64,000 nt of DNA, taken from Chara braunii. Lineage: Eukaryota > Plantae > Charophyceae. The position numbers were made by a program, and so were the translations under genes. The DNA is taken from contig BFEA01000040.1 in assembly GCA_003427395.1 (NCBI GenBank), positions 3,643,022-3,707,021 of the forward strand, read 5' to 3'. The notes under the pieces were generated by a model, which had not been told where the DNA came from, searched no databases, and saw only the letters and a list, made by a program, of their open reading frames with translations. Position 1 is the stretch's first letter, and every line of letters begins with the position of its first letter. Of this stretch, positions 1 to 12,519 are shown in pieces.

Positions 1-84
1 TTTTAAGAACATTCAACGATAACGCCTGCACCGACTATCATGCATACGCAACTTCGCAATGAATCATTATGTTCCCGCCCTCTA

Positions 85-303
85 AAAAAAAAAAAAAAAA
101 AAAAGGGTTGGAAGGAGGATCCCTGAAGCTTCAAGCTGCTGATAGATCTCCCCTTCACTGCTCTGACAGCACTGCACTTTCTTTAAACCACCAGTACTTG
201 GGCGACGCCTTAGGCGCGCAGTGCCCAAGTACTGGTGGTTTAAGTAGTGCCCAGAATGCTCCATTTCCTTTTCTTTTTTTTCTCTTATTCTTTTTTTTTT
301 TTT
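85..303. repeat. Short dispersed repeat, copy 1 (inverted copy at ~960-1221), bounded by A/T tracts
   Basis: gttggaaggaggatc..ctgatagatctccccttcactg..gtagtgcccagaatgctcc recurs as reverse complement at 960-1221. Confidence 0.75.
187..239. mobile_element. 53-bp MITE with TTAA target-site duplication
   Basis: TIR accaccagtacttgggc/gcccaagtactggtggt; TTAA at 183-186 and 240-243; the paralogous empty site with a single TTAA is at 1011-1014. Confidence 0.85.
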
Positions 304-410
304 AGTTTGTTTTTTTAAAGGCTAATTCTTTAAGCCCAGCCAATTCAATTACCTGTAGAATCTGAAAAGAACGGCCGTTCAGGCCTCTTTTTATTGTCAT
401 TATAGTATTA

Positions 411-868
411 CCGGGGACCCCGTAGCAGCCGTGCTCAAGCCTCCAACGAGGGAACATGCAGGAGCTGCACCCACCAGGAGGTGCGATACCTCCTACAGCA
501 GGTGGGCGATACCGGCCAGGGGTCAGCTGGTAGCATCAGAACCCAGCTTCTTCGATGGGCCAGTCACTGTGCCTTCCCTCCGGTCCCCTCCCCCTATGAA
601 CATCAGCAGTCTCTGCTCAATGCCACTCGGGGGGACCAACGGCATATCTCTAGGTGGCAGCGCCAAGCTTGCCCAGGAAGGTGCATGAGGCCAATGGGGA
701 TTGAACCCAAGACCTCCTGAATGCCACTTGCGTGCCTTACCAACTGAGCTACCTTCTTCCCCCGAATACAACGTACGGTCATTATAACTGTATCTAGACT
801 GAAAGATGGCTCAAATACAGCTATAATGACCGTACGTTGTATTCGGGGGAAGAAGGTAGGCCGCTGGA
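411..868 (-). mobile_element. tRNA(Ala-like)-derived SINE interrupted by a MITE
   Basis: Minus strand has A box TAGCTCAGTTGG and B box GGTTCAATCC, followed by a body shared with copies at 1270-1553 and 49088-49390. Confidence 0.85.
752..856. mobile_element. Tc1/mariner-type MITE (TA TSD)
   Basis: ~42-bp TIR ccttcttcccccgaatacaacgtacggtcattata; TA on both sides; empty site gagcTAggcc in the SINE copy at ~1540. Confidence 0.85.
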
Positions 869-1023
869 CTGCAAGAGAGTTTCCAAGTGGAACAAAAAGG
901 AAGAAAGGGAATGGAGCATTCTTTCAAAAAAAAAAGAAAAAGAATAAGAAAATAACAAGAAAAAGAATACGAAAAAAAAAGAAAAGGAAACGGAGCATTC
1001 TGGGCACTACTTAAAGAAAGTGC

Positions 1024-1120
1024 ACCGAGTGGCTGAGTACTGTGGGTGACTGCCATCCGTCTAGTATCCCAACTCTACAACAACCTGGGCTTTATTTAAA
1101 AAAAAAAAAANAAAAAAAAA
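1024..1120 (+). mobile_element. Short poly(A)-tailed retro-insertion
   Basis: TSD aaagaaagtgc at 1013-1023 and 1121-1131; poly(A) tail; absent from the paralogous repeat at 85-303. Confidence 0.75.
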
Positions 1121-1269
1121 AAAGAAAGTGCGGTGCTGTCCGACCAGTGAAGGGGAGATCTATCAGCAGTGTGAAGCTTCAGCGATCCTTCTTCCAACTT
1201 TTTTTTTTTTTTTTTTTTTTCAAAGGGCGATGGCCTTTTCCGCCCAGGGTGGCCTTTATTTATTGCCTT

Positions 1270-1553
1270 CAGGGAACCCCCAATCTGGATGCCGGTCAGG
1301 GGACAGCCGGTAGCAGAGGGACTGACTGAGCATAATCTGAGTGGCCAGTTGCTGTGCCTTCCTGATTACCCCTCCCCCTATGAACATCAGCAGAGACTGC
1401 GTTTTAATGCCAATTGGGGGGACCAACGGCCTAATATCTCTAGGTGGCAGGCGCCAAGCATGCCCAGGAAGGTACATGAGGCCAATGGGGATTGAACCCA
1501 AGACCTCCTGAATGCCACTTGCGCGCCTTACCTACTGAGCTAGGCCACTGGAT
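1270..1553 (-). mobile_element. tRNA-derived SINE
   Basis: A/B boxes and body similar to 411-868. Confidence 0.85.
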
Positions 1554-2044
1554 CCTTCTTCCAACTTGAAGAACCCAAGTGGTATTATTAAAAAAAAAAA
1601 AAAAAAAAAAAAAAAGAAAAGAAGAAGAAGAAGAAGAAGAACCCAAGTGGTATTATAACCAATTTGAAGAAGCAATGGCATGGGTTGGGGGCATACAATG
1701 AATGCCATACATACATAGGCATATCTATATATCTATTTATAGACAGCAGGCTGCTCTACATCATTCTGAGTTAAAGCACACAAACGTGGCCAGCCTTGCA
1801 TCTTCTACTATATTGCCTATCTATGTTTTCTTTTTGTTTTATGGATGGTTCGTGTTTTTTTTTTTTTTTTTTTTTGGAAGAACATCAGGGCAGGTGGGTT
1901 CCTTCTAACGGGGTTGATAGGAGCATCTCCCATTAGCAGGACCACCGGTGCTGATGGCTCCATTCTATTGGTGACCCAGGGAAGCAACACCTGCTGGAAA
2001 ACGGGTCCAGCATCCCTTTAACATTGGTTTCGTGACAATTTGTG

Positions 2045-2047
<3 letters not shown>

Positions 2048-2108
<61 letters not shown>

Positions 2109-2171
2109 TGAGAGAATGTGTGTGTGTNAGAGAGAGAGAGAGAGAGAGAGAGAGATGTGAGAGAATGTGTG

Positions 2172-2239
<68 letters not shown>

Positions 2240-2262
2240 CACACACACACCCACAGAGAGAG
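2048..2262. repeat. Compound (GA)n/(GT)n/(CA)n microsatellite
   Basis: Directly visible. Confidence 0.98.
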
Positions 2263-2899
2263 GGCAGTGTCATGCTTCTCTCCCATTCTCATTGAGATTT
2301 CAGAATTAGAAAAGAAAATTGAAAGTCTCCCATTCGCATTGAGGTTTCAGAAATAGAAAAGAAATTAAAAGCACAACAAGTCAAAAAATGCAACCATCTT
2401 CCCCTGGACATAAGCCAGCATGATCAGGAATGTATACAGCCAATTTCCAGTCCGATATACATTCGCGATGGGGGGGTGTTGCGTTCGAGCGAAGACTATA
2501 GTTTGTTCCTTCTGAGCTTCATCTCTGAAATTGGAGGCCTGTGTTTCCTTTTTTGCTAGGCTGTGTTTTTTGCCTTTAGTAGAGTCACAAACACGAGCTA
2601 TAAGTGCACTATGCGGCAAGATACAGTTTGCAATTGCACTTTGGCCACCCTACCTGGCCAGAAGTGTTTTTTTATCCTCATGACGTCGGATGATCAGATC
2701 ATCGGGTGTCGTGGTGACTCCCGATGATATGACCATCGGATGTATATTAACGGTACTTTACGTTGAGGTACATCAGATGGACAAAGCGAGATAACCACTT
2801 TCTCAGCCGTTGAGCAATGGAATTTTGACTTAGTCCACTTTCGTGAATTTAGAAAAAAATGTCAGTTTTAACGAAATGTCAATTATTATTAGAATTTAG

Positions 2900-3649
2900 A
2901 TCTGCCATTTCTGAACTGTCCATGTTGACATTTGCCCTTTCATAAACACAACGCTTATGCGAAAGAGACCATAAGACCGGCTTGCAGCCTAGTTCAAAAG
3001 AACTGTGTTGAAAGGAAGTTGGCAGACAGGGAAACTGGAATGAAAAGGGGGATAAAAGGAACCAGGGGAGGGACAACAAGGGAGAAGGACTCTAGCGAGG
3101 GACTACTGGCTCCTTTTTCATGAGTGAACTTAGATGGATACAACTATAATTCCGATGAAACCCAGCGAAGAATTCCCCGATTTCTTCCCCCCCCACATCA
3201 AACTGCCTGGTGGAAATGGAATGGTACGGGAGAGATGGATGAAGTTAAAGAAGGAAAAATGAAAAGGATCTGCAAGGGTATCAGATGCTTGGGAGAGGAG
3301 CAAGGGTTTAGGGGTTTAAGGATTCATCCCAAGAAGGGAGAGTAGGTACGCAGCAAATATGACAGCAGCATCCATCCGTCCCCCATGTCACAGAAAATAC
3401 AGCACTGGTTTGGTCACTAAGATCTGGCGCCGCAGAGAGAGGAGGCGAAGAGGTGCTGTACGGGTCAGGAATAGCTTGAGACACTCTTGCACTCTCAGGT
3501 GATAGAGAAGCCCATAGGAAATACAGTCCTGTTCTCTCAGAAATCAACGATATTCATCTCATGTACCCATGTACTCATGTATTCATGTATTCAAGGGTCG
3601 CTGGACCCGATTTCCCGCAGGTGATGCTCCCCCCCAATAGATGGAGCTG

Positions 3650-3694
<45 letters not shown>
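2900..3694 (+). mobile_element. Decayed LINE 3' fragment (ORF2 C-terminus, 3' UTR, 3' motif, poly(A))
   Basis: Translates DYWLLFHE*..PMKPSEEFPDFFPP at ~3100-3195, matching other LINE C-termini here; motif at 3594-3650; A tract 3656-3694. Confidence 0.65.
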
Positions 3695-3699
<5 letters not shown>

Positions 3700-4503
3700 T
3701 TTTTTTTTTTTTNNNNNNNNNNNNNNNNNNNNNNNNNNNNNNNNNNNNNNNNNNNNNNNNNNNNNNNNNCCATTAGCAGACCCCGTTTTGGATGGCTCCA
3801 TCTATTACTGGGGGCACACCTGCTGGAAAGCAGGTCCAGCGTCCCTTCATACATTTTATAGAGCTTGAAAGTTGAAACAATGATAGTCGTACTGGAAAGC
3901 CTTCTGCCACATTGTTCACAGGGATATATGAGATAGATATTAAAAGGTACCATGGTAAAAACACATGTAGTCAACGAAAAATCATAGAACAGAAGATGAG
4001 AATCGGCGTCCCCCAGGGGGTTTCCTCCAACTTCCATCCCGAAGCTACTCCGTTACTCCACTTTCCCACTTCCGTCACTATCACTAGGCGATATACCGGA
4101 TACCGCANAGCTACAGTACCGTCAGTCCCATCGTAAAGGTCGACTATCCTGATCGTGTTCCTATTTATCACAGACAAACAGTGCCGAAAAAACAAGCAAG
4201 CAGNCNGAGTACCGGGTTTCCCACTACCCTCAAAAACAAGGACCACCGTGGGTTACTCAGGCTGTCTGTAAACAACAAATCAAAACGAGTCAAGGGGCCT
4301 CAACAACCGGTAGCACCCATCGAGGCGCTCAGGCCCTCAAAAACAGAAGTCAAAAACACTCCTACCAGAGGAAAAGCAAATAACAGTGTCAACCAAAAAC
4401 AGAAAAGAAAAGAAAAACGAAAACCCTGTCAGATGATCCAAAAAACCACCCGATCATCCTGCCACCTAACCTATTCAAAACAGCACAAAATCGAACAACA
4501 AAT

Positions 4504-5830
4504 TCAAGGAAACAAGAAATCCACAGTCCATTTCCAGACAGCGTCCTTGCCCACTGCAAACGCTCTGAGGACACACTCGAAGATTCTCGCAGGGAATCCT
4601 TTGACTCTCAGCTCTCTCTTGACTGTCAGAACCCTCATCGGGATTTCGGAAAGAATGGTAGTATTCTGGTGGATCCGATGAAGGTAACTACCGATAATGG
4701 CAGCCTTCTGCTGCTTACTCCCCCAAGAAGAATAGGATTGCCCATTCTTAAAAGTCAACTTCTCTTCAGACCAAACTGATTCCTCGTTTTTGACCAATTG
4801 AACACAACCTAGGTACGGTCGGGAGCTTTTGGTTCGAATCTCGCATCCAAGGAACAACAAAATACCATTCCCATCGTCGGTCCTCTTCAGAACCAAGTTC
4901 TGTGGGTAGCACTTCTCAAAAGCCCCAAGGATCTCCTTCCGCTGCTGATCAGATAACGCTGCAGTCATCAGAATGACGTCATCGATCAGTCTGATACCAA
5001 AAACTCTCTTCCGTAGAGTACCGAGGCTGTTCAGAAATCTGCATTCTGCAAAAGCACAGAGTATACAGGCCAACGGAGGGCTCGTGCTTTTGCCCATCGG
5101 AATCCGGATCACTTGTCTCAGCAAAACACCGGTAGAATACATATAGGTATGCTTCAACTCAAAGCGCACAAATTTGACCAAATCGTCAAAATCTAGTTGT
5201 CTCCAATGGTCAGAGCCAGTGGTTTCACCAAAGGAAGCACCTCTGCCCCTCGAATTCACACGCACAAAAGACCTCCCTTTACTTCGGTGGTGATCCACAA
5301 TCCAAGAAACAACATCAACGATCTCCTCATGGGGGAGTCGGCTGAACATCTCCTTAATGTCATAGGAGACCGACTCGACTTTCCCTTTCGTCCCATGGTC
5401 GATCTTCTTATTGATGCGCAGTAACCGATCTGCAAGATTCGAGACTGCTTGGAGGTTAAAGTGGTTGTCAAAAGGGAGCTGAAAAAGCAAATGGTTCAAA
5501 CCCTTAGCCACCATTCGTCCAGTCTTCACCATCGGTTCTTTGAAAGTGGCACATATCGGCCGAAATCGGTTAGTATCTTTATGTTTCGGCAGAACATAAG
5601 ATACTCCAAAACGACCATTACAATCCCAACGCGCAAACTTACTCAAACCTTCCTCACGCACATCAGTCTTCACACGAGCTAATACAACACTCTCGGATTC
5701 CTGCACAACCCGATAGCCTGGGCTTAGGACGAAAGATCCCATCATTGCCTTCTGGTTTACAGAAGGACACATCACTAGCTTTTCACCGACGTTCCGATCG
5801 AGGGGGTAAGTACAAACCCCTCAAACTCCT
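4504..5830 (-). pseudogene. PLE reverse transcriptase
   Basis: PLDRN (DKG-like) before a frameshift near 5805; PKHK..RPI, YDIKEMFS, IPMG..SP, RLIDD, FLG motifs. Confidence 0.88.
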
Positions 5831-5935
5831 TTTTAACTGACATCACTTCGTCAAGTGAGATCTTGTCGGAAACATCCGCAGTTGGGACAAAACAACGATG
5901 AAAATTCAAACCACTGAAATCAGGCATGGCTCCTT

Positions 5936-7312
5936 TCAGGTTATACCAATTCGAGAAGCCAGAGACAACTTCTTGTCGTAACAGCATAACACGGTTCGGA
6001 GCATCTGGTTGAGGAATATCATTAACGTTTGCCATTTTCTGGTGTCGAAGATTTCCATCACAAAGTCGGAAGCAAACATGACCATCCACTTCGGATGGGA
6101 TGGCTCACGAGCAGCAAAGGCTCGTTGATTGTGGAGAAAGTGTCCGATCGATGGGTTTTTAACCCAAACGATTCGAACCTTCTTCCGTGCCCGCTTCCGA
6201 AAACAGTCAGGTAGATCACAACCCATAATAGCATCGTTAACAAGCTTCCTTAGTTCAACTACTCTAATTCGATCATCATACTTCACACGGATTACGAGAT
6301 CAGCAGACATACTAAAACCAAACTTGTCACGGATCACTCGAGATAACAAGCGTCTAAGGTACTTCCTCGTGGATTTCTTACTGAAGTCTTTAATTACGTT
6401 ATACAGTTTCATCAAAGACTTCAGTCCCCAAACATAGAAATCAGATATACTCCTCGGGTTCCTCAAAATCCCATACAAGATAACCTTCAAAAATCTAGCT
6501 TTCGGCTTCCACATGCGCATATACTCGATCACGAAGGTACCACCCTTCTCAAACACATTTTTACAAGCGTGAAATAACAGAGTAGTTTTACCGTGCTTAA
6601 CCGTGGAATCCCCAAATTTCTTACGCAACTTCTTCCACCCGCCAACCCAAATATTACCTCCGCTGGTCGTGATGGTCAACCTTAGTTGACTACTTTCAAA
6701 ACTCTCCGTAAGTGCATCAATCAGATTCAGGACAGGTCGCTCGGCAGTACCAATGCGGAAAGATAATGGTTTAATCACTCGTTCCCTCGTATCCTTGCCC
6801 TTACGTTCCTTCTTCCCTTTCTGGTTCTTTTTCCCCTTACTGCTCTTAGCACATCCCGCACAGTTCAAAAATGATGACCACTGTTTGATATACAAATCTT
6901 CAAGATTCAGTAGATCATTGGCAGTCGTGTGATCAATCGAGACTATCACATAATTCTTTAATAACGATCGGTGGAAGTGAGAGCGTTTCACGCTACCACA
7001 TTTGAAACGGTGTTCGCACCATCGTGTATCCACGTTGTGTGTGGTCTTTCCAACGTACTGATATTTACAAAAAGGAGAAACAACGATGTATACAACATTA
7101 GATAGTGAAAGAAAGTTGATACCGTGTGTATCACACAGACATCGCCACGACTCAACAAGCTTACCATTTCATCTGATTTCCTTTCTGCAGCTCAGCACTA
7201 CAACACACAACCTGAGCAGTTCCTCGACTTTATGGTCAATAATATTCAAACGTCTCCTGTATTCCGTAACGTAGTCCACAATCCGCCAAATCTTGTCTAA
7301 TTCGTAAACAAA
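5936..7312 (-). pseudogene. PLE GIY-YIG endonuclease and linker
   Basis: Reading upstream of the tracked ORF gives NVVYIVVSPFCKYQYVGKTTHNVDTRWCEH, with later LEDLYIK and FLN; internal TGA at 7171-7169; frameshift near 6110. Confidence 0.85.
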
Positions 7313-8442
7313 TTAAGCCTCTTGTTCCGTGACTTCATCGTCAGCAGTTGCTGATTCTTCATCCGGTTGGTCTGCAACAATTGACAGATCGATTGGTCCG
7401 ATGTCCCCAAAATGAACCCTAGTACGGTAACTCGCGATATCGAATATCGCGTCGACTTTGCCGTTGTAAGCCACTCCTTCATCCTTGCAGATCCCCTGAA
7501 GTTCCAAAGTTCCGAGAGCTCGAAGGTCTTCCATCTGTTGGTTACGAAAGCGCAGCTTCTCGACAGTACTTGGTTGTCCTGGGGTCTTCTTAAGCTTCTC
7601 CACATATGGTGATAGCTTTGTCCTCACCTTCGCCTTCGACATGGTAGCATGGCCAGGAGTACGCACCGCCTTCTTCTTCGTATCAGTCCGACGTGGCGTG
7701 CGCTTGGCCGGAGTCACAAGAGGCGGACTATCATCGAAAACTACCTCAGGTCCCCTTTTCCTCTTCTCATGGATAATCAGGTTCTTAGTACGAGCTCGGA
7801 TGTCCTCAGTAGCGCTTCCCCCACTATCATCATTCGAGTCATCAGGTACTCGTACTGGTTGCTTCGTTGTCCGAGTCTTACGAACGAACTCCAAAACTGG
7901 TCCAAGATTTGCCTCCATGCGATCGAAAAAATCCCCAATCTTAATTGCCAGTTGGATCTCCAACTTCTTGTCAATCTCAGCGTCATGTTGCTCATCTTTC
8001 AACTTCTTCTCATTGCGCCATTGTCTGTTTCCGCTTCAGCTTCTAAACGTAAACGCTCCTCCTTAGCTTTCCTTGCCTTCTCAGCCAAAACAAACTCCGA
8101 GACCGATGCAAGACTCTCGTTCAATTCCTCGATCTTGTGTCGCAATTCCTCAGATTCTTGTTTGGTGGCCATACTCGTCGCACCAAAGCCCTTCCTTGGG
8201 GATGCCGATCGACCACGGTTCACATCGTACGACGTCGACGGCTTCGCTTTCGGTGCACGCCAGCGATTCGGACAATGATTAGCATAATGACCAATTTCAT
8301 TACAGCTAAAACAACGTGGAGGCGAGCGCCGGTGGTATCGATCATCCCTCCTATCATCTCGTCGGTCAAATCCGTGGTGGCTGCCATGGTCTTCACTACT
8401 TGATCTTCGTCTTCCACCATCGTAGTCGCGCCGGTCTCCCAT
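7313..8442 (-). pseudogene. PLE upstream ORF: CCHC zinc knuckle, coiled coil, SAP-like motif (one frameshift ~8025)
   Basis: CFSCNEIGHYANHC; EELRHKIEELNESL..; LRALGTLELQGICKDEGVAYNGKVDAIFDI resembles the SAP consensus. Confidence 0.75.
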
Positions 8443-8629
8443 TGTTACAACAAATGACTTCACGGTATCACCAAGATGCTTGGCTATAACCCAACTTCGA
8501 ACAAAACAGTAAATGAGCCAGAAAGTAGGAGCAAAGGCAAGAAAAGACGAAGAGAATAGATGGTTTGGATAGAAATCACGCTCACTTAATCTCAGTAATT
8601 CTTCCCCAAGAGAGTTGACGTGTGCCGTA

Positions 8630-9648
8630 ATAGATATTAAAAGGTACCATGGTAAAAACACATGTAGTCAACGAAAAATCATAGAACACAAGATGAGAAT
8701 CGGCGTCCCCCAGGGGGTTTCCTCCAACTTCCATCCCGAAGCTACTCCGTTACTCCACTTTCCCACTTCCGTCACTATCACTAGGCGATATACCGGATAC
8801 CGCACAGCTACAGTACCGTCAGTCCCATCGTAAAGGTCGACTATCCTGATCGTGTTCCTATTTATCACAGACAAACAGTGCCGAAAAAACAAGCAAGCAG
8901 CCAGAGTACCGGGTTTCCCACTACCCTCAAAAACAAGGACCACCGTGGGTTACTCAGGCTGTCTGTAAACAACAAATCAAAACGAGTCAAGGGGCCTCAA
9001 CAACCGGTAGCACCCATCGAGGCGCTCAGGCCCTCAAAAACAGAAGTCAAAAACACTCCTACCAGAGGAAAAGCAAATAACAGTGTCAACCAAAAACAGA
9101 AAAGAAAAGAAAAACGAAAACCCTGTCAGATGATCCAAAAAACCACCCGATCATCCTGCCACCTAACCTATTCAAAACAGCACAAAATCGAACAACAAAT
9201 TCAAGGAAACAAGAAATCCACAGTCCATTTCCAGACAGCGTCCTTGCCCACTGCAAACGCTCTGAGGACACACTCGAAGATTCTCGCAGGGAATCCTTTG
9301 ACTCTCAGCTCTCTCTTGACTGTCAGAACCCTCATCGGGATTTCGGAAAGAATGGTAGTATTCTGGTGGATCCGATGAAGGTAACTACCGATAATGGCAG
9401 CCTTCTGCTGCTTACTCCCCCAAGAAGAATAGGATTGCCCATTCTTAAAAGTCAACTTCTCTTCAGACCAAACTGATTCCTCGTTTTTGACCAATTGAAC
9501 ACAACCTAGGTACGGTCGGGAGCTTTTGGTTCGAATCTCGCATCCAAGGAACAACAAAATACCATTCCCATCGTCGGTCCTCTTCAGAACCAAGTTCTGT
9601 GGGTAGCACTTCTCAAAAGCCCCAAGGATCTCCTTCCGCTGCTGATCA
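8630..9648 (-). repeat. Pseudo-LTR (upstream truncated copy of the PLE 3' end)
   Basis: Near-identical to 3933-4951; ends at an N and a poly(A) tract. Confidence 0.95.
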
Positions 9649-9649
9649 N

Positions 9650-9689
<40 letters not shown>

Positions 9690-10661
9690 GTGTTTGGAAA
9701 GAGAAGAATGCGTGCGGGATTGTGAGCGCAGGGCAAGATTTTTTTTTCCAACCACTTCTCATGATCGTGCGAGTCCAAGAACAAGTGCACAACCATGAGA
9801 AGGCACCTGCAAGAAAAGGTATGTACAATGTTTTTAAAAAAATTTAAGAAGTTTTTGTATAACGCACGTACCTACTTCTTGGAGTTTTATGTAGACGGTC
9901 CTGGTTTTGGACATATCTTTCGTAGAGATGCATAGCAGCAGATCAATCGAGATGCTTCGCACCTCTCCCCAAAGACGTTCAGATTCAGGCACAAAATTTG
10001 ATGCTGAAACGACATATAGGGACCTTGCCCGACAGCTCTACACAAAAGCAAAGGAAATGAAGAAGGGCAAGTACCTCGCCCTTAGAGGCCTACTCACAGG
10101 TGCGGGGTTCCTTCCTATTTCTTTATTACTAATATTTACTATATATGTTTTTATTTTTTTTCTCCCTCGCTCTAGGAAAGTTGCACCCTAAAATTTGTTC
10201 TGCAAGGTACATACCTTGTATTCGAATACAAGGTACCCCGTACCTCGTATTCGTATACTACAAGGTACGCACCTTGTTTTCGGGTTAAGACGGTAGGGGT
10301 GATGATAAGAGCAGACACCACTAGCACTGCCGGGGAGGCTCCATCTATTGGTGGGGAGCAACACCTGCTAGAAAGCAGGTCCAGTGTTCCTGAACATTGT
10401 AATCATTTGTTTAAACAGACATGTGTTTGTGCTGTTTGTAGTATATGCACAGAGTCTGACTTTTAATGATGAGCAACATTGATTGCGCTCATACAAGGGG
10501 ATTAACTGCTCATCGAAACCCTATCTTCATTACCCTGCCCTGCTCCACTCATCTCCCAGTACATGGACCATTCAACACCATGAGAGGAGGGGGTCTGACC
10601 TAATCGATAATCCCAGTTAAAACCAAGGCACTACATCTGAGCAAAATCGATTAAATCAGGT

Positions 10662-10765
10662 CCAATCAAATCAAACAAAATGCCATGCAATTTAGATGAA
10701 CTCAAATCAAATCAAATCAAATCAGAGCAAATCAAATCATATCAAATCAGATAAAATCAAATCAA
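10662..10765. repeat. Degenerate (AAATC)n satellite
   Basis: Directly visible. Confidence 0.9.
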
Positions 10766-11595
10766 AAGACATACTACCCAATCGAACAGAATTTCAAGTT
10801 GATTCGGGGCAAATCAGATTCCATGGGAGAAACCCGGCCTGTAGCCATTCCTTCCTGGCAACATATGTGATGAGCAAATGAGGGAGGGCGGAAGAATCAT
10901 CAAGGACAGGCATCAAAACTCATCAGTGAGAGCAGACATATAGATGCTCAGTCCCGCTATCGATCACCACGTTTTCTTCCCCCACTACCCTATCCCTTTG
11001 CGCTCCCGCCACTGAGCACCCAAGATTAAGGTGGGAAAATACTCAAGGGTGACAGGAGTATTCCCCCAATCGAACAAGCCATGCACCCCTCCCTTGAGAT
11101 AGAGCACTCCTCCTACCCCCGCACCCTCAGAACACAGGACAAGAGAGGAGGGACCGAGCAGGGATAACGGGAGTGTCCCCAGTGGTAAACCATACGAACC
11201 CTTGCCATAAGCACCTGTAGTTGATGAGGTTGACCCCAAATGATATTGTAGTTGGCGTTGAAATCAAAGGCGGCGGTGAGGTCGTTGCTGTGCACAAGAA
11301 TGATGAAGTGACCGCCACCTTCGTTGTCACCATTACTGGCGATGATGAAAACCTGACCGATGTTGGTGTTGTTGATAGCATCGCCGCTGCTGCTGCACTT
11401 CCTTGAAGGGTGCAAGGTAGTCGTATTGTGATCGCTGTTGTTGTTGTTGTTGATGATCATGTTTTTGCTGTGATTATTGCTGGTGTCGCTGTCGATGTTG
11501 CCATTGTTGTTGCCGTCGATCGTAATATCGCCGTTGATCTGTTGTCGTCCTTACTGTCGTTGTTATCGTTGTTGTTGTTGCAACTATCGATGTTG

Positions 11596-12120
11596 TTAGC
11601 GCTGTTGTTGTTCATATTTTTTGTTGACGTTGCTAGGAATGTTGTTGTTATTGTTGTTATCATTCAATGACCAACAATCGCTCAGGAGATCCGACCCCGT
11701 CCACTGATTACTGGGCGCCATAGAGTCCTCGAATGGCGGTTCTTCTCCTTCCTCCGCTGTTAGCCTCTGGCCTCCTACACCAGATTGCAGATACCACCCC
11801 TGCTCCAGCGCTGCATACAAATCTTGCCCCTCCTCAAAAATGCCGTAACAGCACTGCATCAGAGTCTCTACCTGTTGCCAGTCTATGAAATCATCCAATT
11901 GAGGAGCCGGCCCCTCCACCGACTCCCAAATGACCTGCATCATGTTTTGCATCACACCCTGAAACGACGGGGTCGGTGGGGCTGGGCCCCCATCATCCTC
12001 CAACCGATCTCCCTGCTTTGAACGCAGGGCTTCCACCATCTCCCGTCGACGACGCCGACCTGCCTGTATGATCGAGAGCCACTCGGCGGCTCCTCGTTGT
12101 AACTCTCCAGTCGAAGCCAT
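11596..12120 (-). CDS. Hypothetical ~174-aa protein, probably element-associated
   Basis: Open frame from ATG 12120 (MASTGELQRGAAEW..) with protein-like composition, ending in an Asn-rich repeat; no family recognised. Confidence 0.3.
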   Translation of the reverse strand: MASTGELQRGAAEWLSIIQAGRRRRREMVEALRSKQGDRLEDDGGPAPPTPSFQGVMQNMMQVIWESVEGPAPQLDDFIDWQQVETLMQCCYGIFEEGQDLYAALEQGWYLQSGVGGQRLTAEEGEEPPFEDSMAPSNQWTGSDLLSDCWSLNDNNNNNNIPSNVNKKYEQQQR

Positions 12121-12389
12121 CTCGAGTGTCAAACTGTCGATCCGCCACAAAAAACGCACCGACGTTCTCCCACTCCTCTCGCCACTCCCACATGCAGTGG
12201 GGCTGCCACGTCAGCGTCACCACAAAACGTGGGGCAAGACGTGTGGCTCAGGAGGCTCACGGTCAACAGACGCGGGCACCTGATTGTGCGGAGGGCAGCC
12301 GGACCCTGCCGGCTGCGACTACGCGGAGTGTTAGCGCAACCTCAGAAACCGTAGCGTTCTTATGAAGAAAAAAAAAAAAAAAAAAAAGT

Positions 12390-12519
12390 TGAAGACAAGG
12401 AGGGTCCCAGTGTCCTAACAAGATGGCTCGCCAATCCTGGGGCCATTCCAAACCTGTAAAATTTCTCCATATACAGTCCCATCTTCTCCACCACAGAACT
12501 GACCCTGGGCATTGCATCA
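12390..12519 (-). mobile_element. LINE ORF2 fragment
   Basis: QCPGSVLWWRRWDCIW..DWRAILLG matches the region after the LINE zinc finger. Confidence 0.7.

Larger units (their letters stand above)
3933..9648 (-). mobile_element. Penelope-like retroelement with N-terminal GIY-YIG (Chlamys-type architecture) in partial tandem
   Basis: 4697-bp unit plus a near-identical ~1019-bp direct repeat (3933-4951 = 8630-9648) containing the RT 3' end and UTR; GIY-YIG precedes RT. Confidence 0.9.

Noticed and set aside
7169-7171. Selenocysteine UGA as in Naiad PLEs
   Set aside because: Arg-rich context fits CGA to TGA decay; no SECIS identified
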